Of a stretch of DNA of 64,000 bases, positions 34,801 through 45,300 are shown in pieces. The notes below the pieces were generated by a model. That model did not search any database and was not told the origin of the DNA. It saw only the letters and a list, made by a program, of their open reading frames with translations. This DNA is from a virus (lineage: Duplodnaviria; Caudoviricetes): IMG/VR virus record IMGVR_UViG_3300047551_002158; one strand, written 5' to 3'. The position numbers and the translations under genes are program-made. Each line of letters starts with the position of its first letter. Position 1 is the stretch's first letter.

Positions 34801-37497
34801 AAGGAAGAAATAAAAGTAGATGATTCGGTTTTTTCAAATAATCAAATTCAAATAGTTGATAGTGAATATAATGGAAAGCATAGAATTGTTTCCACCTCTT
34901 CAACATCCTTTACTTATAATATACAAAATATTCCAGAAGCTAATCTTTATGATTCTACAAATTCAACTTTAAGTTATAAAACAGAATCTTTAAACAGTTT
35001 TGGGACTATTTCCAATATTAATCTTTTGTCAAAAGGACAAAATTATTATACGCTTCCAAATATTTCAAAAATTATTTCAGATAATGGAAAGAATGCAATT
35101 TTAGAAGCTTCAAGTACATCAATAGGAAAAATACAAAAAACAACTATTAATAATATTGGATATGATTTCCCATCTGATTTTACATTAAAACCAAATTTAT
35201 CTTTACCGCAAATTTTAAAAATAGAGCCATTAAATTCTTTTGATTCAATTGGAATTACATCTGTTGGTAGAGGATATGTAACTGTTCCAAAATTAGTTGT
35301 TATTGATACAAAAACAAAAGAAATTTTATCGGAAGTTGATTTAACTTATTCTTTTGGAGATACAAAAGTAACAATTTTAAATAATACTTACAGACTTAAT
35401 GATGTTGAACCTATTATTATACCAACTCAAAATTCAAATGGTGTTGGAATCAGTTCTATTAGTTATAATTCAACAACTAATGATGTAACTGTCACTTTAT
35501 CTGTCGGATTTAGTACTGCAAACACTTTCCCATTTTCTATTGGAGATAAAGTTCTTATAGAAAATATAAGTGTTGGAATTGATTCAACTGGAAAAGGATT
35601 TGATTCCAAAAATTACAATTATGAACTTTTTACGATTACTTCTGTCGATGAAAATCTTGGTGGAGAGGGAGGATCAGTAATTTATAACTTATACGAATTT
35701 TTGGGTGATGGAGAAGTTCCTGGATCTTTTGATGCTGAAAATTCTTCTGGAAGAATAATCCCAGAGAAATATTTTCCAAAATTTAAATCAACATTAAAAC
35801 CAAATAATTTTTCAAAAAATGAAGAAGTTAGATATTCCGGAGAAGCAAGATCTATTGGATTTGTCCAAAATTGGAATGAAAAAATTAAGCAATTGACAAT
35901 TTCTTCTAAAGAGTATTTGGAAGAGGGAAAAATTCTTGAGGGGGTTTCATCAAGAACTCAAGGATCTATTTCATCTTCAATTTCTCCAAATGCTTTTATT
36001 AATCTTGGATCTTATTCAAAATCAGAAAATGGATGGATTGATGAAACTGGTATTTTAAATAACAACTTACAAAGAATACAAGATAATTTTTATTATCAAA
36101 ATTTCTCATACTCATTAAGATCTAGAGTTTCTTATGATACTTGGGATGATGTTGTTGGAAGTCTCAACCATACATCAGGATTCAAAAAATTTAGTGATTA
36201 TCAGTTAGAATCTATTGGAAATTGTGGCATTCAAACATATACCGATTCCAATGCGGAAGTGAATGTTGATATTAATGGTTTTGCTAGTTTAAATTGTGTT
36301 TATGATTTTGATTTAGCAAGAGAGAATGCTTTATTTACAAATTCACAAGTTATATCTGATGAAATAACATTTTCTAGCAGAATCCTAACAGATTATCTGG
36401 AATCAGTCAGTAATAGGGTTCTTTCTATAGATGATATTAGCAATTTGTTCAATAGTAATGAGAGATTGACAAGATATTTCATTGCCCATAGATTTAAACT
36501 TACTGATGCTAGAGCACAAAAATACATTACCTTAACTGAAGATAGAAGATATTCTTCACAAAGGCAATTGATGATTTTAACTTTACTTCATGACAATTCT
36601 GAAGGATATATTAATCAATATGGAAGGGTAGAAACTACATATGATTTAGGATCTTTTGATTTTACTATAGATGGAACTGATGGTTTAATATTATTCTATC
36701 CCACAAAATATAGAGTAAATGATTATAATGTTACAGTTCTTTCTTATAATATAAAAGATAACTTTGCGGGAATTGGAAGTACTAATATTGGTGGTATTGT
36801 TGATATAAAAACAAATACTATTCCTGCTTTAACTTCTCCAACAACTATTGTTGGAATTGGATCTACATATACTTCATCAAAAATATTGGTGTCAGTTGGT
36901 ACTACAAATAATGATTATCAATTTGATGAATTAAATGTTGTTCATGACGGAACAAATGTGGAATTTATATCTTATGGGCAGTTGACAAATACTTTATATT
37001 CAAGTTCTGGTCTTGGAACATATAATGCTTACATATCAGGATCAAATTTAAATGTAGATTTTATTCCCAATGTCGGAGTTGCAGCATCAGTAAGCACTAT
37101 TCAAGTGTCTATTGCAAATACGTCTTCTTCGGGTATTGGAACTCTCACAATGAACTATATGAAGTTTGAAGCGAACTCAGTTTCAATAGCATCTTCAACA
37201 AATCCAATACAAAATGTTATAGCGGAATATTCTAATGATTATGAAGGTGGATACTTTATAGTTCAAGTATCTGATGTCACTAACAATAGACATCAACTTT
37301 CCGAAGTTGCTCTCGTAAATGATAATAATTATGCATATCTTACAGAGTATGCAAATATAGAAACTTATTCTGGTCTCGGAACTATGGGAGCAGAAAAAAC
37401 ATTAAATAAAACACAGCTAACATTTACGCCACTTGCAAACATTGATGTTGTTGTTAAAGTTTGTTTTAACTCTCTTAGTAATATTATAGTCAGTTAG
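28801..37497 (+). CDS. gp7: giant baseplate/virion structural protein (gp7-like wedge initiator)
   Basis: 2898 aa between gp6 and gp8; N-terminus with YSTRGTDLSFKILFKALYG; HSPIIGWAYDGNPIYGPYG module; QDNFYYQNFSYSLRS. Confidence 0.7.
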   Translation: MTEKRVQFKNIIQNQLPQYVKEEFPLIGEFLKQYYVSQEFQGASADLIQNIDQYIKLDSIKSNVDYTTLTSDVSIFDTTISAENTIGFPDSYGLIQIDDEIITYTGKTEDSFIGCIRGFSGVSSYNTDNKVDELVFTDSNLAVHSKETDSGDSTKIINLSSLFLVEFFNKIKYQLSPGFENREFYENLDKYLFVKQSKDFYSTRGTDLSFKILFKALYGEDVKVIRPQDYLIKPSTSQYNVTNDLVVESIVGDPYELENSTLFQDEYGNISKGYVSISNVEKILTQDDKSYYKLSFDGGYNKDINVDGALYGNFSIHPNTKLIGEVSSGSNTLDVDSTVGFPSSGELSIKYLDGTEGVVTYTSKSLNQFFGCENIQKTILDKTNIWLNTYAYGTSNKNINEIIKVRITSVLKNVDIIDSTYYQERKNIGVIRTLGDNSKDFIFNDWFFNISTSNKVLSLTLIDNVSKIYQISTEFDHNLRLGDRIRLISSDGTEKNSKIIDVISNRIVQVSDQGDLDLNIKYLIQRVLSKVNSSKYSYLSEQTSNVQNVYKDYNKVLVSSPSLPYYYDQPLNAFDRSVTFSGTFYEGDDTFNISNHGFYTGDSVYYSSGSGSLFDDGIYFVKRIDSNNIKFSKSRSNIYNSIFISLSSDVTVIDSKIEDANFYNKKLASQKILREIAPPVDDGNEYETNNGTIGIFINGVEILNYKSRDKIYYGPIQEIKVSNPGSNYDVINPPVLSISDSVGVGATGYCSVKGSLRSIRVLDGGFDYTETPKINITGGNGFGAKANPLMKLVENKVYFNSQSQSNLVNLASDTIGFTTYHRFKQSEKVIYNSEGQTSIGGLTQNSSYYVSIQSPYEIKLHNTFEDSFSGINTVALTSYGVGNHFIKSYNKKQVLSSISIENSGFDYENKKRTAKPELIDIHLDKINIENHDFKSGEIITYSTNGSTIGGLSNNTDYYVTKIDNDSFKLSTIGIGTDNKDFYYTTNQYIDFTSTGSGIHVFNYPEITVEVIGNVGISSINGNSFTARVEPIFRGQITSVHLEETGVGYGSSEVLNFKRNPSISLKNGSEAKLVPIINDGKIVQVLINNPGKDYNSIPDLNIFTNGNGSGAVLEPILENGQIKSVKVIENGYGYDRNNTFINVSSAGSGAEFDIKLKTWTVNLFTKYFSKISGDDGFIFDNKKSNYGLEYAHLYAPRRLRQSVYSKNSEGKTIYGVKDLKINNVEISSSEHSPIIGWAYDGNPIYGPYGYLNKDTGTISQMKSGYVLIGLSDDRPPFPSGFFVEDYEYRNSKDNDVLDQHNGRFCITPEFPNGTYAYFVTLEKNAIRNDSSNPFNGYKVPAFPYVIGNRFKSKPNEFNFSKFSNQDDINLNETNWIRITTQYNLDKEENLYNYLTKPSKLDQLVTIKYASPGSVEKIDIVSGGEDYKVNDLITFDETATGGFGIYAKVSELEGKTIDSISGVTSSIYNLDLYSSEGNSNIFVIQSESPHRFLNGDIVTINSSGLGTIFSPIQTSSTIGVSTNTLAISDNLGISSVSTTGIVTYFSVFGNLLTSGIRENDVFSIKNEKVKILNVDPNSSRIRVLRCIDGTIGSAHSFSEVLYEIPRRFTVNERYSPLPNNKLNKEIYFDPKESLGIGTLSGAGIGVTIFFSNPGLGITSVFVPTKAIYIPNHNLDTGDELTYFTNSGTGISISINGTTSLTLSDQSKVYVGKISNDLIGISTVKVGFGSTGTFVGIGSTNISSSTLYFTGIGTGTYHSFKTNYEKVTGQASKNIVTVSTAQTHGLKNNDYVSVEVKSGISTIFVIKYNDNNRRLVVNPRSFSSVGVNTITNSITIPNHKFRNGQKLIYTSTSPSGGLVNNKIYYAVIFDEDTIKLSSSFYDSVSTIPEIISITSSSSGTLSPVNPPIKIYKNSSVTFDLSDSSLSYTVNSVKYSAFNFNLYLDSKMSKVFETTSSNTTFEVQKSGSIGINSTAKVTLKINDNIPEGLFYNLDVLYSELIPSEKEEIKVDDSVFSNNQIQIVDSEYNGKHRIVSTSSTSFTYNIQNIPEANLYDSTNSTLSYKTESLNSFGTISNINLLSKGQNYYTLPNISKIISDNGKNAILEASSTSIGKIQKTTINNIGYDFPSDFTLKPNLSLPQILKIEPLNSFDSIGITSVGRGYVTVPKLVVIDTKTKEILSEVDLTYSFGDTKVTILNNTYRLNDVEPIIIPTQNSNGVGISSISYNSTTNDVTVTLSVGFSTANTFPFSIGDKVLIENISVGIDSTGKGFDSKNYNYELFTITSVDENLGGEGGSVIYNLYEFLGDGEVPGSFDAENSSGRIIPEKYFPKFKSTLKPNNFSKNEEVRYSGEARSIGFVQNWNEKIKQLTISSKEYLEEGKILEGVSSRTQGSISSSISPNAFINLGSYSKSENGWIDETGILNNNLQRIQDNFYYQNFSYSLRSRVSYDTWDDVVGSLNHTSGFKKFSDYQLESIGNCGIQTYTDSNAEVNVDINGFASLNCVYDFDLARENALFTNSQVISDEITFSSRILTDYLESVSNRVLSIDDISNLFNSNERLTRYFIAHRFKLTDARAQKYITLTEDRRYSSQRQLMILTLLHDNSEGYINQYGRVETTYDLGSFDFTIDGTDGLILFYPTKYRVNDYNVTVLSYNIKDNFAGIGSTNIGGIVDIKTNTIPALTSPTTIVGIGSTYTSSKILVSVGTTNNDYQFDELNVVHDGTNVEFISYGQLTNTLYSSSGLGTYNAYISGSNLNVDFIPNVGVAASVSTIQVSIANTSSSGIGTLTMNYMKFEANSVSIASSTNPIQNVIAEYSNDYEGGYFIVQVSDVTNNRHQLSEVALVNDNNYAYLTEYANIETYSGLGTMGAEKTLNKTQLTFTPLANIDVVVKVCFNSLSNIIVS

Positions 37498-37530
37498 TAA
37501 ATTTATGAAAATACACCAAGGAGAAAACTA

Positions 37531-40500
37531 ATGGGAATAGAAGATTTTCTTTCAACAGATTATGGGATTTACTATGGTACAGAGAGGGATATAAAGCGAT
37601 CATTTGAACTTAAGCATAAAGGTTATCCAATCTTTAAAAAATATTTTAATGCAAATGATTCTTCTGTAGTAAGCATTGCATCAAGTACAATTAAAATCGA
37701 AAACCACTTTTTTACAAATGGGGAAAAGGTTATCTACTCCTCTGGAGTGTCTACAAATTTTCCAATAGGAATAGGTTCCACTTATTTTGGTGTTGGAATT
37801 GGAACGACAGATAAACTTCCATCAGTAGTTTATGTGATTAAAGTAGATGAAAACACTATTAAACTTGCAAGAAGTGCAGAAGATGCGTTAAGAATTGTTC
37901 CTAAAGCGTTAAATTTAACTTCTGTAGGAATTGGTTCTAGTCATTCATTTACTTCAATTAATAACAATTCAAAAGTATTAGTAGCAATTGATAATGTAAT
38001 TCAATCTCCTGTTGTATCTACTTCAACAACCACTTATTTGTCTGCTGATTTTTCATTAACTGAAGATCTTTTATATTTTGATTCCTCTTTAAACTTTTTT
38101 ATAGGTGATATTATTAGCATAAATCAAGAGCTAATGAAGATCGAATCTGTTGGGGTTGGATCTACCAATTCTGTCAGAGTGATAAGACCTTGGCTTGGTA
38201 CAGATATTGCCAATCATTCAATTGGATCAACTATTACGAAATTAATAGGCAATTATAATATCATAGAAAATACTATTAACTTTGTTGATGCTCCTTATGG
38301 CAAAGTCCCATTGGGAACAACTACAAATCCACCAGATGAGAGAGACTGGCAAGATATATCAACAAATTCTTCTTTCCACGGAAGATCTTTTATGAGATCT
38401 GGAGTTCCAGACACTTCGAATGATTCTTATTACAGAAATTATATTTTTGATGATATTTCTCAACAATTTAATGGCACATCAAAAACTTTTTCTCTTACTT
38501 CAGATGGTTCGAACATTGTCGATATTTATCAAGAGAATGCTGTTATATTAGTAAACGATATTTTTCAAGGTCCTGGATTAAAAAATAATTATACATTATC
38601 AGAAGTTTCTGGAATAACATCAGTAACTTTTGTAGGATCTGCAACATCTATAGCATCTGATATTAATACTTCAGATTTTCCTTCGGGTGGTATAATTGTT
38701 TCAATTGGTTCTACTGAAGGTTTTGGTTATCAACCTTTAGTATCTGCTGGAGGAACTGCTGTAGTATCTACAGCAGGAACAATTTCAGCAATTAGTATTG
38801 GAAATAGTGGGTCTGGATATAGGTCAGCAATCCAGACACTAAGTGGCGTTAAGCAAATTGACGTAAGAGTTGGTGTAGCAACTTCCTCCACAGGATCTCC
38901 AAATATAGAATTCATTGGAACCGCATCAGTAAGCAATGGAAATATTGTAAGTATAGCAATTACAAATCCAGGAGTTGGATATACTTCAACTAATCCCCCA
39001 TATGTAATTATAGATGATCCCATTTCATACTCAGATGTTCCTCTATTTTATAGTTCACCTTCATCCGGAATTGGAACACAAGCAACAATTGACGTAGTTG
39101 TTGGGCAGGGTTCTAGTGTGATTGACTTTGAAATAAAAAATATTGGATATGGATATAAAGTAGGAGAATTGCTAACAATTCCTACTGGAGGAACGGTAGG
39201 AATTCCTACCATAGCAAACTCTACAATAAAGAAATTTGAAATCTCAGTAGAGAGAATATTTACAGATAAATTTACTGGATGGTCGATTGGAGAACTTCAA
39301 GTATTAGATAACATTCAAAACTTATTTAATGGAAGAAGAGTTACATTCCCACTACTCGATTCCGGAGAATTGATTTCCATATATGCAAGAAAAGGATCTA
39401 TAATTAATATACAAGATACTTTATTAGTTTTTATTAATGATATACTTCAAATACCAGGTGAAGGATTTATTTTCAATGGTGGAAGTAAAATTAGATTTAC
39501 TGAGGCACCTAAACCAGAAGATACTTGTAAGATTTTATTCTACAAAGGAAGTGGAGAGGGTGTCGATGTAATACGACAAGACATACTTGAAACTGTCAAG
39601 GTTGGTGATGATTTAACTTTAACATACGATCCTTCAGTGGGACAATCTTCTAACTTATTAGAAGATCCAAGATTTGTTACTGAAATTTTATCGATAGATA
39701 CTGTTGAAACTAATCCTTATTTTGGTCCAGGAAATACTTCAGATGAAACTTTAGAAAGACCAATAACTTGGTGCAAACAAACTGAGGACTTAATTATAAA
39801 TGAATTAGAAGTTACTAAAAATAGATCTTTATATGAACCACAAATATATCCATCAACTTATTTGATTCAATCAGTTGGAGTAGGATCTTCTGTTATTTCT
39901 GTTGAAAATGTAAGACCTTTCTTTAATCCGCTGAATGAAAACGATCAATCTTTAACTTTCCAAAATCAAGTCAATTTCATATCTCAAGATGCAAACGTTG
40001 CTGCTAGTGCCACTGCAGTTGTGTCTGTAGCAGGAACTATTTCGTCAATTGTTATTACTGATGGTGGATCTGGATATGTAAGTGCTCCATCTGTTTCTAT
40101 ACAAAATCCAATAGGAATTGGAACTACAACAACTATTGCAATATCTTCCATATCTTCTGGATCTGTGACATCAATTTCAATAACTGGAGTTACCACTGGA
40201 TATGATGCTTCAAATCCACCATTGGTCTTAATCGAACCACCAAAAGTTAGTATTGAAAAAGATAAGTTGTTATCATATTCCGGAGATTTTGGTTTTATTA
40301 GCGGAATTTCAACAACTTCAGTTGGAATCGCGTCAACCGGAATTGTTTTTGATCTCGTCATATCAAAAGACTCTTATCTAAGAGATTCTTTAGTAAGTAA
40401 CGTTACTACAGTAAGTGGAATACAAACAGGATATTATTTTGTAATTTCAAATTCTAATGTTGGGAATGGAGTAACATCATTAAATTCTTCGGGATCAATA

Positions 40501-40812
40501 GTGGGAATGACCACAAGTTATTTGGATTGCGTATATCAAGTAGCTTCGGTTTCTATTGCACAAACTTCGGTTATTGGATTTGGTGTAACTGATGTTGCTA
40601 GAGTTGTTGTAAGTGTTACCGATAACAGTGGTTTGACTGGAATTGGATATAGTAATTATTATGGAAATTATAGTTGGGGTAGAATAGTTCTTCGGGCAAG
40701 AACAAAAGATCAATCATATAATGCATATACTTTAAATGGATACTCCGGAATTTCCACTGGAACCATAGTGAACAGATCAGTTCCATTAAAATACCGCAAT
40801 TACATTCCATAA
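37531..40812 (+). CDS. virion structural protein, in frame with the gp7-like gene
   Basis: 1093 aa with its own SD AAGGAG (37518-37523); beta-rich GSGY repeats. Confidence 0.75.
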   Translation: MGIEDFLSTDYGIYYGTERDIKRSFELKHKGYPIFKKYFNANDSSVVSIASSTIKIENHFFTNGEKVIYSSGVSTNFPIGIGSTYFGVGIGTTDKLPSVVYVIKVDENTIKLARSAEDALRIVPKALNLTSVGIGSSHSFTSINNNSKVLVAIDNVIQSPVVSTSTTTYLSADFSLTEDLLYFDSSLNFFIGDIISINQELMKIESVGVGSTNSVRVIRPWLGTDIANHSIGSTITKLIGNYNIIENTINFVDAPYGKVPLGTTTNPPDERDWQDISTNSSFHGRSFMRSGVPDTSNDSYYRNYIFDDISQQFNGTSKTFSLTSDGSNIVDIYQENAVILVNDIFQGPGLKNNYTLSEVSGITSVTFVGSATSIASDINTSDFPSGGIIVSIGSTEGFGYQPLVSAGGTAVVSTAGTISAISIGNSGSGYRSAIQTLSGVKQIDVRVGVATSSTGSPNIEFIGTASVSNGNIVSIAITNPGVGYTSTNPPYVIIDDPISYSDVPLFYSSPSSGIGTQATIDVVVGQGSSVIDFEIKNIGYGYKVGELLTIPTGGTVGIPTIANSTIKKFEISVERIFTDKFTGWSIGELQVLDNIQNLFNGRRVTFPLLDSGELISIYARKGSIINIQDTLLVFINDILQIPGEGFIFNGGSKIRFTEAPKPEDTCKILFYKGSGEGVDVIRQDILETVKVGDDLTLTYDPSVGQSSNLLEDPRFVTEILSIDTVETNPYFGPGNTSDETLERPITWCKQTEDLIINELEVTKNRSLYEPQIYPSTYLIQSVGVGSSVISVENVRPFFNPLNENDQSLTFQNQVNFISQDANVAASATAVVSVAGTISSIVITDGGSGYVSAPSVSIQNPIGIGTTTTIAISSISSGSVTSISITGVTTGYDASNPPLVLIEPPKVSIEKDKLLSYSGDFGFISGISTTSVGIASTGIVFDLVISKDSYLRDSLVSNVTTVSGIQTGYYFVISNSNVGNGVTSLNSSGSIVGMTTSYLDCVYQVASVSIAQTSVIGFGVTDVARVVVSVTDNSGLTGIGYSNYYGNYSWGRIVLRARTKDQSYNAYTLNGYSGISTGTIVNRSVPLKYRNYIP

Positions 40813-40832
40813 ATAAATAAAAAACTGCACAA

Positions 40833-42386
40833 ATGTCTGCAATAATAACTGACCAAATTAGAATACTTAATGCTAAAAACTTTATCGCAGGAGTAACAAC
40901 CTCTACGAATACATATTATACATTTGTTGGACTTCCAAATCCAACAAGTATTCAAAGTGATTGGGATACGAGTCCTCCTGCACCTAAAGATAATTTTGAT
41001 GAAGAAAACAGTTATTGGGATACAATGATTGCATTGAAAAAAATCTCAATATCAGATATTCGTCAGGTTGTTCAAAAGAGAGTTTGGTCTTCTGGAACAA
41101 CATATGATTACTACAGACACGATTATAGTAGATCAAATACAGCTCCAGTATCTGGAGCTACAAGTTTGTACTCTTCATCATATTATGTTTTAAATAGTGA
41201 TTATAGAGTTTATATTTGTCTACAAAATGGAACTGACCCAGAAAATCCAAAAGGTAGACCATCTCTCGACGAACCAACATTTGTTGATTTAGAACCAAGA
41301 GCAGCGGGGACAAGTGGCGATGGGTATGTTTGGAAATATCTTTATACTATTAAACCAAGTGATATTGTAAAATTTGAATCTACTGATTTTATGCCTGTTC
41401 CATTAAATTGGGAAAATAGTGAGGATACGATAGCAGTAAGAAATAACGCAGTTGATGGTTCTATCAAAATAGTTACTATTAAAAATAGAGGAGTTGGAGT
41501 AGGAACTGCGAACAGAACTTACACCAATGTGCCAATTAAAGGGGATGGAACTGGTGCAGAATGTACCATTAATATCAACAATGATCAAGAAGTAGATTCT
41601 ATTATAGTATCAAATCAAGGATCTGGATATACTTATGGCAATGTAGATTTAGTTGCCGGAAATGTTCCAACGGGAACCACTAAACCATCTTTTGATGTAA
41701 TAATTACTCCCAAAGGTGGTCACGGAGCGGACATTTATCGGGAGTTGGGTGCATATAATGTTCTATTATATTCTAGAATAGAAAATGATGTCCAAAATCC
41801 AGATTTTATAACGGGAAATCAAATTTCTAGAATTGGAATTGTTGAAAATCCAAATGCATATGCATCATCCCAAAAACTTTCATTGGAAAAAGCAAGTGCA
41901 GTTTATGCAATAAAATTAACCGGTATTGGATATAGTTCAGCATCCTTTACTGCAGATTCTTTAATTAGTCAAACAGTGAGCACTGGAGTTACTGCCTTTG
42001 GTAAGGTTGTTAGTTATGACCAAACAACAGGTGTTTTAAAATATTGGCAAGATAGATCTCTTGCTGGATTTAATACAGTCGGAACAGCACAAACAGATCC
42101 TACTTTTGGGTATGATATGGTTAGATTTACGAATAACCCTTCTTCTGGGGGAAGTTTAGTTATTAACGGAAACACAGGATCTACTTTATCAATTAGTACT
42201 TCTTTTACTGGTATATCTACAGTAATAAATAGTAGAACCTACTACCTAGGACAATCTTTTGTCAATGGTTTGGCAAATCCAGAGGTTAAAAAGTATTCTG
42301 GTAACATAATATATGTTGACAATCGACCTTCCATCACCAGGTCAACAAATCAAAAAGAAGATATTAAAGTCATTTTGCAGTTTTAA
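40833..42386 (+). CDS. gp8: baseplate wedge subunit gp8
   Basis: MSAIITDQIRILNAKNF...; YRVYICLQNG; DGYVWKYLYTI; C-terminal EDIKVILQF. Confidence 0.9.
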   Translation: MSAIITDQIRILNAKNFIAGVTTSTNTYYTFVGLPNPTSIQSDWDTSPPAPKDNFDEENSYWDTMIALKKISISDIRQVVQKRVWSSGTTYDYYRHDYSRSNTAPVSGATSLYSSSYYVLNSDYRVYICLQNGTDPENPKGRPSLDEPTFVDLEPRAAGTSGDGYVWKYLYTIKPSDIVKFESTDFMPVPLNWENSEDTIAVRNNAVDGSIKIVTIKNRGVGVGTANRTYTNVPIKGDGTGAECTININNDQEVDSIIVSNQGSGYTYGNVDLVAGNVPTGTTKPSFDVIITPKGGHGADIYRELGAYNVLLYSRIENDVQNPDFITGNQISRIGIVENPNAYASSQKLSLEKASAVYAIKLTGIGYSSASFTADSLISQTVSTGVTAFGKVVSYDQTTGVLKYWQDRSLAGFNTVGTAQTDPTFGYDMVRFTNNPSSGGSLVINGNTGSTLSISTSFTGISTVINSRTYYLGQSFVNGLANPEVKKYSGNIIYVDNRPSITRSTNQKEDIKVILQF

Positions 42387-42392
42387 AGAATT

Positions 42393-45300
42393 ATGTCCCA
42401 AGTAACTAATTTAAACGTATCTCCTTATTTTGATGATTTTGATGCAAACAATGACTATTATAAAATTCTTTTCAAACCAGGATACCCAGTTCAAGCAAGA
42501 GAGTTAACCTCTTTACAATCAATATTACAAAATCAAATAGAAAAATTTGGTCAGCATTTCTTTAAGGAAGGTGCAAAAGTTATTCCTGGAAATACTTCTT
42601 ACACTCAATTTTACTATGGTGTTCAAATTCAAAATAATTATCTAGGTGTCCCTGTAGCTGCATATGCAGATCAACTTGTTGGAACTAAAATTACCGGACA
42701 AACTTCCGGAGTAACTGCAATAGTTGATAAAATTCTTTTACCTCAAGATTCTGAAAGAGGAAATCTCACTCTCTATGTAAATTATATTGGATCAAGTACG
42801 CAGAATAATTCAACAAGTCAATTTTTAGATGGCGAGTCACTAATAACAAATATTAACATCACTTCAGGTCTTTTAGGAAACTCTTTAATTAATGCCGGTC
42901 AACCATTTGCAATAACTTTAGCGACAGGATCCGCTATTGTTGGATCATCTTTTTCTATAGCAGATGGTGTATATTTTATTAGAGGAACTTTTGTAAACGT
43001 AAATACAGAGACTTTAATTCTTGATCAATATTCTAATCAATCAAATTATAGAGTTGGTCTTTTTGTAAACGAGGAAATCATAAACTCTGACATTGATGAG
43101 TCTTTAAATGATAATTCACAAGGTTTTAATAATTATGCTGCTCCAGGTGCAGACAGGTTAAAAATTAGTGTTTCATTATTTAAAAAAAGTTTAGATGACT
43201 TTAATGATAATAATTTTGTAGAACTGGCAACTATAAAAGAGGGTGTATTAAGAAGTCAAGTTACAAACACTGAGTACAATATATTATCAGATGAACTAGC
43301 TAGAAGAACCTATGCCGAATCTGGAGATTATTATGTAACTCCTTTTGATGTCTCAGTAAAAGAGTCTTTAAATGATAATTTGGGGAACAGAGGAATTTTT
43401 AATTCGAATCAATTTACTTATGGTGGATCTATACCTTCAGAAAATTTAGCTGTTTATCAAATATCTCCAGGAAAAGCTTTTGTAAGGGGATATGAGGTAG
43501 AAACTATAAGTCCAACGTTCTTAGATGTAAGGAAACCTAGATCTACAAAGACTTTAGAAAATCAATCAATTACTTATACTACAGGTCCAACACTAACTTT
43601 AAATACAGTTTATGGAACTCCATTAGTTGGATTGGGGAATACCTATGTGCTGAGTCTTCGCAATGAAAGGGTCGGAAATTCACCAATAACATCTCCAGGA
43701 AAAGAAATTGGTTTAGCTAGAGTTTATGATTTTAGGTTAGAATCCGGTTCTTATGAAAATTCCAATACAGATATAAATGAGTGGAATATTTCTCTTTATG
43801 ATATTCAATTATTTACAGAAATTACTTTAAACGAAAATATTACTCTAAATACTCCAACTTATGTTCAGGGGAAAAGTAGCGGAGCTAGTGCTTTCTTAAA
43901 AAGTTCCATTTCTGATCAAAAAATCATAACCTTATATGATGTAAAAGGAACATTTATAAACAATGAATCATTTATATTTGACGGCATAGAGTCTGGATAT
44001 GTAGCAACCGCAGTAACTTCATATTCAATTTCTGAGGTAAAATCGGTCTTCAATAATGTTGGATCTGGAATTACATTTTCCGCAAATACTTTACAATCGC
44101 CCAAAATTGAATTTGGCGTATCTAGCATTTCTCCAGTCTCGGCAAGTGGAATTAGCACAGTAACTTGCTCTGATGTTAATTTTCCTGGAAATTTTGTTAA
44201 GTCAAATGATTTGGTAGAATATACAGATACTTCTCTTTCGTCTCCAGTTTATGCCAAGGTCGTAAATGTTGGAGTAAGTTCAATTACAATAACGGGAGTT
44301 TCTACTGTATCTGGAATAGTAGAAGGCAAATTACCAAATAGCACTCTTGAAGTAAGTGATTTTAAAATCATAACTACAGACTTATCTTCATCCATAGATG
44401 ATGGTTTATACACTATTTTACCAAAAAATAATATCTCTTCAGTTGATTTAGCAAATGCAAATTTAATAATTAAAAAATCATTCACTGTTAATATAGCATC
44501 TAATCAATTATCAGTTCCAGTGGAAGCAGGAAGCAATGAGACATTCTTACCTTTTGATGAAGAAAGATATTCTTTAATTAGAACTGATGGATCTACTGAG
44601 GTTTTAAGTTCAGATAAATTTGAATTTATATCTGGAGGATCTCAACTTCAAATTTATAACTTAGGATCAAATGATACCGGTGCTATCTTAATAACGACTT
44701 TAAGGAAAATAAAACCAAAAGAAAAGGTAAAAAGAAAAAATAGAGTTAACAGTATTATTATAGACAAATCAAAGTATGAAGGGTCTGGAGTGGGACAGAC
44801 TACTTTCAATGATGGGTTAACTTATGGTAATTATCCATACGGAACAAGGGTTCAGGATAAAAACATTTCATTAAATGTTTCGGATATCATAGAAGTTCAT
44901 GGAATTTATGAGTCAGTAAACACTTCAAATCCATCTGCTCCATTAATGATTCTCTCTTCAATTAATGGACCAACAAATACAACATCGGATTTGGTTATTG
45001 GAGAAGAAATTTTTGGTCAGTCAGGAAATGCAGTGGCAATTGTTGCCGAAAAAATAACTGACAGTCAAATAGCTTTTATATACAAAAATCAAAATATCTT
45101 TAAAGAAGGGGAAACTTTAACATTTAGAGAATCAAATATTCAAGCAGTTATTGTAAGTTTAAGTACACCAAGTTTCGACATTTCTTCAAATTATAGTTTC
45201 TTAACTGGACAATCAGAAACATATTATGACTATGGTTCTATAGCAAGAAAGAATACTGCAGAAGAACCAAACAAAAAAATAAAAGTATATTTTTCAAATG

